From: Bacillota bacterium
Lineage (GTDB): Bacteria; Bacillota; Clostridia; Tissierellales; Sedimentibacteraceae
DNA length: 64,000 bases
Direction: 5' to 3'
Assembly: GCA_023453025.1 (NCBI GenBank)
Contig: JAEXUD010000058.1
Location: 907-64,906, forward strand
Both the position numbers and the translations under genes were made by a program. The notes beneath the pieces were generated by a model. It searched no databases and was not told the origin of the DNA. It saw nothing but the letters and a program-made list of their open reading frames with translations. Below, one piece after another: positions 30,637 to 40,500 of the stretch. Each line of letters starts with the position of its first letter. The stretch's first letter is position 1.

Positions 30637-30723
30637 AATAACCTCCTTGTTACATCTTTTGATAACATTATACTATAAATTCATTTAAGCTTCTACCACA
30701 ATTTGTAAATTCATTTTATCAGT

Positions 30724-30750
30724 ACCTTAATTTTTATATCGGCATAATAT
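30724..30750 (+). promoter_or_regulatory. SigK/SigE-like promoter
   Basis: AC-N17-CATAATAT. Confidence 0.45.
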
Positions 30751-30771
30751 AATGCAGGAGGGATTTAAATT

Positions 30772-31455
30772 ATGAGATATGCAGAAAAAGCACAAATAAA
30801 AATGCAGACTTTTGAAGAGACATTTATATATGAGGATGTTGAGGTTATGACTCTCACTATCAAATACCCCGTGATAAAGGTGTATAAGAGCCCCGATGCA
30901 CAGGTCAAAATCAATAATCAGATAGCTATTGAGGTTAATGAATATTTCAGATATGTATCAGATATTTTATATGAACAGGCAATAAATGATTACAAGAATG
31001 CAATGGAAAATGACTTTCCGTTCCATGGCTATGAAGCTATTATGGAATATGTAATAACTTATAACAACAACTGCTTTTTAAGTTATTATATCGACAAGTA
31101 TGAATTTACAGGCGGAGCTCACGGAAATACCATAAGAAGCTCTGATACATTTGAATTAAGAAGTGGAACAGAAATTCCGCTTTATTGTTATTTTAAGGAG
31201 GGAACTGATTACAGGCGATTGCTTACCAATGAAATGATAAAGCAGGCAGGCAGCAGATTAAAAGATAATCCGGGCATTTATTTCGATGATTATAAATCAT
31301 TGATTATAAAAAATTTTGATGAAGACAATTATTTTCTTACACCGGAGGGGCTGGCTGTCTATTATCAGCAATATGACATAGCTCCGTATTCCACAGGGAT
31401 AGTTGTATTTACCGTTCCATACAAAACAATAGGCTGGTACCCCAGCTGCAATTGA
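30772..31455 (+). CDS. DUF3298/DUF4163 (PdaC/RsiV-like) domain protein without signal peptide
   Basis: YEFTGGAHG and YQQYDIAPYSTG motifs. Confidence 0.85.
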   Translation: MRYAEKAQIKMQTFEETFIYEDVEVMTLTIKYPVIKVYKSPDAQVKINNQIAIEVNEYFRYVSDILYEQAINDYKNAMENDFPFHGYEAIMEYVITYNNNCFLSYYIDKYEFTGGAHGNTIRSSDTFELRSGTEIPLYCYFKEGTDYRRLLTNEMIKQAGSRLKDNPGIYFDDYKSLIIKNFDEDNYFLTPEGLAVYYQQYDIAPYSTGIVVFTVPYKTIGWYPSCN

Positions 31456-31481
31456 TATCAACCAAAATTAACCTTGATTCT

Positions 31482-31530
31482 GTGGACGGACCTTAAAATG
31501 GATATTATTATGGAGACGGACTTTAAAACC
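31482..31530 (+). repeat. Two direct copies of the GGACGGAYCTTAAA REP-like unit
   Basis: gtggacggaccttaaaatgg and ggagacggactttaaaacc, 30 bp apart. Confidence 0.5.
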
Positions 31531-31558
31531 CCTCAAAATTATTCTCTGAGGGGTTTTT
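31525..31558. terminator. Bidirectional terminator
   Basis: AAAACCCCTCA..TGAGGGGTTTT. Confidence 0.85.
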
Positions 31559-31584
31559 ATTTGTATTGGAGAGATTAATCGTGT

Positions 31585-34500
31585 CTATTTTGACAGCAGA
31601 TTGTACAGCACCTGTGCCATTTCCGCTCTGGTTGTGGTGCTTGCCGGAGAAAGCCTGCCTGCATTTCCTGATATGGTTCCTGTTTCAACCAGCAGTGACA
31701 TGGCTTCTCTTGCCCATGAGGCAACCAAATTTTCATCCGCAAAGCCTGAAAGTGTCTTGCCTGAGATTTTTTCAGGCATACTGTCTATGACTTTTAAAGC
31801 GTTATATAAAAGTGTGAACATTTCCTGTCGGGTAATTTCTCTTTCCGGAGCGAACATGTTGCTGCCCACCCCCTCGGTAATGCCAAGTCTTTTTGCGGCT
31901 GCCAGATAGTTGGTGTAATAAGTGTTTCCGCCGTCGGCAAAGTTATCAGCAGGATTTGCATCCGGGGCTATGTTGTATGCTCTCATCAGCAATACAAGGA
32001 AATCACTTCGTTTAAGTCTTGCATCCGGACTGTAATTGTTATTTCCGGTGCCTGTGGTTATACCTCTTGCCGCAATAAAGCCCACAGCTCTTTTATACCA
32101 TGAATCAGGGGAAACATCATTAAAATTCACATTGTTAAATTCAACTATATATCTTCCGGAACTTAAGACAGTAAAGGTTAATGCCTTTGTCTTTAAATCA
32201 TAGTGTCCGTCCATTACAACAGCTGTATTACCGTTGCTGTCAACAGACTTAATTATAATGCTTTCAGGGCTTAGCAGCTCTTTGGCTGAAGGTGTATATG
32301 GAATTGAAATTCTGAATGGTGCACTTAACATTGCACGCTCGTCTATATCAATTATTAAGGATCCATTTTCACTCTTAGAAAGCTTATAATTTTGCAGCGG
32401 TGAATTTGATGTGTCTTCGTCGTCATCATCATTTTCTTCTGTATTTAAGGTTTCAAAGCTTAAGGTATAATCTTCTCCAAGCATCTCGGCATTTGAATTT
32501 TGCACCGCCAAAGCAGGAATTGAAAGTGTGTATGCCGTATTTTCCCTGAACCGGCTTGGGAGTTTAACATACAGCCATTCTCCGTCAAGCTGTGCAGATA
32601 TTGAATCTACTTTAGATTCCAAAGCATACACCGCAATGCCGTCAAAGCTTGGACCCGCTTCTACAGCCTGGTTGAATTTTACCTTCAATTCAGAATTTAA
32701 GGCTATATCTGTCATACCTTCACCCGGGTATGCAAATATAATTTCCGGACTGCTTGATGTTGTGGCAAAGTTAAGGCTGTAGTCTTCATTCATAGTGTGT
32801 CCGTAAACACCTGTAACAGCATCAACAGGCACGTACAGATTATAGGCTGTGCTGTTGGATAATGCTTCTTGTGGTGTAATTGTCAATGCCTTGCCGGCCA
32901 GTGTTTTGTCAACAGCTATTTCATTAAGATCTTCATCATATAATTCTATACCGTCAAATTGTTCTCCTTTTTCCACGTCTACATTAAAGCTTATAGTTAT
33001 AGGTTTTTCTATGCTTATTTGTGTTTCATTCGGTGAAGGATCAACCGTATCAACAGTAACAGCTGCTTTTTCTAAAGTGAAATGACAAATATTATTATCT
33101 GTTGAATACTCTTTCTCCGCATGTCCGAGTGTGGCCTGCACATACATATTTATGCTTCCGTCTTCACCTGCAGCCAGATCCTGTGAAGAGAATAAAAAGC
33201 TCAAAGTCATTTCCTGTCCGGGTATTATTTCATCTATTTCTATAGATTCTATAATTTGTCCGCTTTCTTCATGCACAACTTTAACTGCTGCATCCTCCAG
33301 AACAGTGCTTCCGGTGTTTTTTACCGTGGCTTTAACAATATAGTCATTTCTGGCTATATTTTCACTGTCAACATTTGTTACTGCAATGTCTGATGCTGCA
33401 ATTTTTAAGCTTACAGTATTATTAGCTTCGTTTGCCTCATGAACGTCTTCGTCAGTACTGACTACAGCATACAGCTCATATTCACTTCTTTCCTCCGGTC
33501 CCACCAGCCACTCCAGCTCCAGTTCGGCAGCTGAGTTAGCAGCTATAGCTTTATCAGTTTCTGCCGCTGCTATTAAATTCCCGTCAGCAGGGTCTCCGTC
33601 GTATAAATACAATGTTGCATTTTCCGCAAAATCACCTGCATTTTTTATAACTGCCGATACTGCCGTTACAGCACCTTTGACCGGAATTGACGGAGATAAT
33701 TGCAGTCCGTATTCTTCGTCTACAGCCAAGTCATGCTTCGGAGTATAGCTTAACAGCATCAGATCAACCTTGTCGCTTGGCGACATGAAGCTGACATCCT
33801 CAACAACCTTATTTATGAGCTCAGCTTTGGTATATACCACGTTAAGAATATTATCTTGTGTAAACACCGGACTGAAGGAACGAATATATCCTGTATTTTC
33901 ACCAACAGTAATTATATTGCTCCATATATCCTTATTAATGTCATAGTAGGAAGCACACATTGTCTTTGTGTTATCTGAGCTTGTATTTGTGTATACTACA
34001 GCAAGCTGCGGGCTATCGCCCTCCATGACTGCAAGCTTATAATCATCCGGCACCTGTGACAGAAATTCATCTGACTTAGCTTCCTCACTTAAAGCGGTTT
34101 TGTAAACTAAGCTGCCATCCTGCTTCCATGTAATAAACCATTCACCGTTTACATTTGCTGCCTTTGGTGAAGAGTCATAAACATTATTGTCTGACAGACG
34201 TACAGCCTCACCCCATCTGTTTTCGTCATATATCCTGTAATAAACCTCACTGTCATGTTGAGTCAACAAATCATTGTCCATATCAAGAGTATACAAGAGC
34301 AGTCCTTGGCCATTATGCATTGCCAAGGTTGAGTCTATAACAGCAGGCATTGAATTTTCTATTTCCTCAGGATTACTCCAGCTATCACCGTCCCATACTG
34401 AGAAATATATAGAATCACTGTTTGCCGGAGCCTTTAAATCATCCATATCTTCGCCATAGGTAAAGCTTAAGCCCTGTGACTTTGTCCAAACCAGGATTGC

Positions 34501-37500
34501 ATTATCATCATCAGAGGCTATAACCGGTGAATGGTCAAATTTATCGTCATCAGTCAATGTTATTATATCCTGCTCTTCGCCGTCAGCTTTAAAAATACTG
34601 TTGGTTACACTGATTTCAGAATCCTTTACAAATGCGGTTTTTTTATTTTCTTCAGTCATGACATTTTTTATATTTTGCCATGCTATAAGCACACCGTCTC
34701 CCATACCGGCCGCTGTCGGAGCAAAATCTGCCGTAGCATCCTGCCCAAACCATTCGGGCTCCTCCCAGCTTCCGTCTCTGTAAACAGAGTATTTTAATTG
34801 CGTACGATTATTATCGTCTCTGGCAGGATTGTCGTCTGTCCACACCAGCCATCGTTCATTGCCTGAATTTATCTGTTGTACCTCTGCTCTCGGATAGATG
34901 TTTTCTGTCATAGTTTCAGTGTGAGAGCTTGCAGCTTCTTGGGCTGATGCTGATTTAAATGTCATAAGTCTGCTGCTTTTTTTATTACTTCTTCCTGCAA
35001 GCCACTCAGACCCTCTTTCCAGATAGTTTCTGGAAGTAGGAGCAAACTGTATGTCATCATTTTCTTCATTAAATTCATTACCGGGCAGTCCGGACAGCAA
35101 TCTTACTTTTTGTTTGCCGTTATCCCAGTGTGTGCCGGCTATTTTCCTATAATACACCTCACTTGAATCATATATATAGTAAACATCTATACCTGCAGCT
35201 ATATAAGGGTTAACCTCGATATATCCTGTAGGTATATGAAACTCTGCCGGAACATGCCCTTCTACATAGCCTTCAACAGACAATACTTTCTCAATTCCTG
35301 CACCTATTTCAACATACACATATGGGTCGAATTCGAGAATGCCTTCGAAATCTCTGTCATCATCATAAATATATAACAATCCATAAATGTTGGAGCCCAT
35401 TGCTACCTTTCCCCATCCGCCGATGTCTATCTTTGGTATGGTGTAGGGTCTCTTCCAATAATACTGTCCGCTGCCGATTAAACAGTATCTATATATGCCA
35501 AATTTCCATTCCTTATCATACCTGCTGTAATAAAACGTTCCATAGAAATCAATTTCGGCTTCTACATCATAGCCTGTAGTAAGCATTTTAGATTTTTTTG
35601 TACTCATGCCATGTCCGGAGCCATATTTATATACAAGCTTTAGCAGACCATCTTCTATTGATCCTTCAAACCTGTTTGTAGTGCCGCCAAGTCCGAAGCT
35701 TTTAACACTATCCATGAGCGGTACTCCATCCAGTATATCTACCTTGCCGCCTGTGAGGCTGCTTATGCTTATAGGTGAATCAATTACATATTTTCCGTTT
35801 GTGTAGCTGATGTTTAGTCTCGGTAAATCTTTCAGCGAAGGATATGGAGCTACAATTACATTTGCGTTTTGCCATGGACTGGAAGCACCGGATTTTGAAA
35901 CCATACGCCCGAATAATTCTTCACCTGCCTGCATCTGCAAGCCCGGCTGCAATTCAAAAACAGGTTTTTCCGATTTCATGGATATGCTGCCCATAGATGA
36001 TTTAAGCTCATAATATCCCGGCGTTAATTCATCCCAATTGCCGTCAATTTCAAAGGATAAATCCGGTATGCTAATATTATTTATAAACATAGAGTTAAGC
36101 TTGTAGCCGGTTCTTGTATCTGTTAAGTCTGACTTAATATAGTTTATCCCCGGCTGTTTTACTCTGACTGCCAAATATACGGCGTAATCAGAACCCTCAT
36201 GGTATGCCTCTCCTTTGTCAGATAAATATGGTACATCCTCTGAGCTTGTGAGTTTTAGCGAGTAGGATGTTCCTGTTTCCAGACCTTTTATTACATAGCA
36301 GCCGTCTGCCCAACCGTCAATTTTTTCATATTTGGCTAATGTTTTTACTCCGTTTAAATCAAAGTACAGGTCCTGCGGGTAATCAAGCATTCCGCCCTCA
36401 TCAATATCATAGAGCTGAATAACCATGCTTTGCTTTTTTGTTGCCTCTGAAATATACACAGGAACTCGTACCGTCTTATTAGTTCCCTCATGTTTGAAAA
36501 GCAGCTCGTAGCTTCCAAAGTACCCTTTGTTCCCATAATTGAAGGAAAACATAGCCTCCCCATTATAAATTGTTTTTACAGTGCCCAGTTCTTTTACCAG
36601 ATTGCCATTTTTATAAAGACTCACATTAACTGTTTCGTCTGAAATATACCCAATTGACGGTGAATACAAGGTAATGCTGTAGTTTTCAATATTCTTAAGT
36701 CCATATTGGTTGTTTTCTTCATAAACGGTCAGGCAGCTGCTGTCATTTGGGTAAACTGATACTTGTAAGTCATTTAAACTCAAATCATTTATAGTTATTG
36801 TCTGTTCAAAAACATATGCTATGTCTCTGTTATCTACCAATGTCAAGGTAACCTTGTAGTTCCCGGCATGCCAATAGACATTAACAGGATACAATCCGCT
36901 GCCTTTTTTGCCGTCTCCAAAATCCCATGTAATTGATTTCAGCGGACGGCTGATTTCTCCCAGCCATCTTGCATTAAATGAAAGTACCTTTTCAGTTACC
37001 CAGGTTGATGGCATATAAAATGAATAGCTCCCGTAGCTTAATCTTTGTGCAGTGGACGGGAAAAACTTTACAGCATCATTTTCTATGCCGGCTTGATTCT
37101 TAACCGCTCCCTTCGGTATGCAAAGCTCGTATGTTTCAGATGTGTTAAGGGGTGAAGCCGGGGTCAAAACAATTTTGTTGCCAACCACACTTGTATTAAA
37201 CTCCACCGGATTACTGCCTGAATCCAGCACTTCAATATTGTCGAAATCAGTTCCTTCAGATAAAGAAGCAGAATAAGGAATTTCAATAGGAGTATTTATC
37301 GGAAAATCTCCTGCTGAAAGCTTTAATGCATTTATGATATTAAGTGTACCGGCTCCTGTTGTAAAAGACATCTCAAAGCCAAGGTCAGAGCTGCCGTACA
37401 GACTGTCATATGAGCCTCTTACGGTATATTGCGTGTTTGGCTTGAGACTGTAATAATATTTCACTTCCATAAGCACAGTCTTAGCCTCATTTATTGCTCG

Positions 37501-40500
37501 TAACTCTGTATTAACTATGTTGCCTGTATTGTCCGACAATACCAGGTTTAAATCCTTTACATTTACTGATTCTGAAAAGTTTATTTCAATTGGCTGGTAA
37601 ATGTCAACATCAGTTTGTCCGTTAACCGGATAGTGCCCCACTACTGTCGGCAGGATGCTGCTGCTTTTTGTACGGAATTTAATTGTCTTACCTGCGCTGC
37701 TGTTTTCAAATCTGTCTGTAACTGCACCTGCCGGTATTTTCACTTCGTACACCGAACCTGATTTCAGCTTTGTACCTGTGCCAAGAGTCAGGGTCACTGT
37801 ATCATCAGCTATGGATTTTGTTGTATTTATTTTATTGTCGCTTATATCAAAGAGTGAAATACCTTCAAATCCGGCTCCTTTACTAATATCACTGTAGCTA
37901 TATTTGAAGGAAATTTGTCCTAAATCAGCAGCAACTTCTTTTTCCTTGTCATTTGGCAGCGAAGAAATAACCTCTATATTTCTTTCAGGCTTCTGTTCAA
38001 CGCTAAATTCTATATTTAATTCTTCATCCAGGTGATTGTCAGACATATCCCGTATTGTATCAGAAGGAACAATAAGTTCATATTCTGTTCCTGCCTTCAA
38101 ATAATCCATCAGATTAACTGTAAGCTTATTTTTAAAAATGCTCACTGAAAAATCAGGCACTTGTATGCCGTTGATTTCTATACCGTAGTCCCCCAGGCTG
38201 CCGGCTGATGCTGACGCCTTTACATCCTCATCAAAGGTTATGATTATTTCCCTTGTATTCCACAAAACATCAGTGCTGTTGTTTTGTGGTGATGTTGTCA
38301 TAACCACAGGCACAAAAGTATCCGGCTTTGAAAGCACAGTATAGTTATAGTCCTTGGTATCTGCAGCACTTCCCTTTTCAAAGGCTGCTGTCAGTGTTAC
38401 ATTTTTATGTCCTTCGCTGTATTCTGGCACTGTGATTTCGCCGCTTTCAGAAATCACCGACGGCATGCCTGAAGTCCATGTTATCAAGGAGCCGTTAGGC
38501 CCTGATGCAGGCAATGACAAGTCTTCGGTTATTGAATACTGTGACAGATTGCCTCCCAGAGTCCGTGATACCCTCAGCCATATTTTATCTGCCGCTACAG
38601 CCTCAGCGTCAGTTTGTTCAAGCTTTTTCACCGAAAACAAGAAACTCTTTTCAACTGTCTCACTGCCTTTGGTTATATAAGCTTTTATAGTTACTGTTTT
38701 GTCTCCCTCTGTAAATGTCGGACGGTTCACTGTTCCGTCAGTCATTATATATGCTTCATTGCTTGACTCATAGCGTATGGAGGAGCCGTATTGACCCAGC
38801 GAAGGAAAGTTAAGATTATTAATAACATTATTAATGTGATTTCCCCCTAAAACCCTATTGTAATCCAGCCATTGCACATCAAGCGCCAGCGCTTCAGCGT
38901 CAGTAGCCTGAGGATATACAAATACAGTAAAAATCTTATCATGTTCAATTGTTCCTTTAGTGATTGTTGCTGTCAGAGTTATATACTGTGAGCCTTCACT
39001 GTAGGTCGGACGATTCACCGTTCCGTCAACACCGACAACAGCTTCATTGCTTGACTCCCAAGTAATTACAGAGCCGTTTAACCCCGCAGAAGGCAGATTC
39101 AAGCTTGATACCACCTCATTTAAACTGGCATTGTCACTACGGATAACATCTGCTGTGAGCCATTCATAATCGGCATATGCTGTCTGTGAATCCGAAGCCG
39201 CCAATGCTGTCACATTAATATTAAACACCTTGCTTAATGTAACCTCACCCATGCTTATAGCTGCAGTAAGCTTTACAGGCTGATTCCCCTGTGTGAATGA
39301 AGGGCGGTTCACTGAACCATCTGAAGCAACGATTCCTGCTTTGTCAGACGCCCAGCTTATGGCACTGCCGTTTTCACCGACATTCGGCAGTATTAAATCC
39401 GAAGTTACATTATCCAAGCTGTCATTTCCGTTTAAAATCACTTCATCGGTTAACCAATCTCTGTCAGCAGCGGCTAAGTCTTCATCTCGGACTTTGACTG
39501 TTATGTAAAATTGTTTTTGCATAGAATCACCGCCGATGGATATGGTTGCAGTCAATGTTACATCCTGATCTCCTTGTTCAATCGAAGGTCTTGTCACGGT
39601 ACCGTCTGTGTTTAAATAATCTGAAGCATCAGATTCCCAGCTTATTGTACTGCCGTTTAAAGCAGCTGCAGGTAAATTCAAATCTTTTGTAACCTTATTA
39701 AGTGCTTCGTTGTCACCTTTAATCCTGTCCGCAGTCAGCCATGCGAAATCAAACAAGAGTCTGTCCGAATCATTTGCTGACAGCTGCACCTCTGCTATGC
39801 CCATGGCTCCGCCGGCTGTATAAGCTTTAACCTGTGCTGTACCTGATATGCCAGAATATAATTCAACTGCTGCAATCCCTGAAGCATCTGTTACTCTGTA
39901 TGTTGCATCAAGCATGCCAAAGTTGGTGGAAAAGTAAACAGGGAAATTCGCAACAGGATTTCCGTCCAGACTGCGTACAGCAGCAGATATAGTGCTTGCT
40001 GCTTGTCCTGCAGGCGGGTTTGCAATAACAATAACATTTGATGCATCTATAAAATTATATGGCTCAAAGTCAATTGGAGTTGAATCATTTTTAAAGTACA
40101 AGTTTCCTATCTCCGTCTTATCCTTTGCATTTCCCATAGAGCCCATGAAACCTACATAGACCTCACGGACATCCTCTGTATCAAGACCATCTCCTGCGTC
40201 GGTTAAAATCTGATCAAGCTCCAGATTTTCTATCCTCAGATTGCTGTTAACCGGTCTTAAGCCATCCGTACTGAATCTGACCTCCAGTACCTTTGATGCA
40301 CCATCATACTCAATCCATACGTTATTGTAAGTGCATGGATCATTTGTATAATCTGATGTTAAAATCTGAGTTGTACGATGTTCATAGTCTCCGTTATAAT
40401 ATACAGCGGCATTTTCACTGTAACCATAGATGGCACCCTGCCCTGAACCAGAGCCGCTGTAATAATCTGTCAGAAATGCAATGTTAATACTTGGCTTAAT

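Noticed and set aside
31482..31530. Mini-CRISPR
   Set aside because: Only two imperfect units about 10 nt apart, and no cas genes
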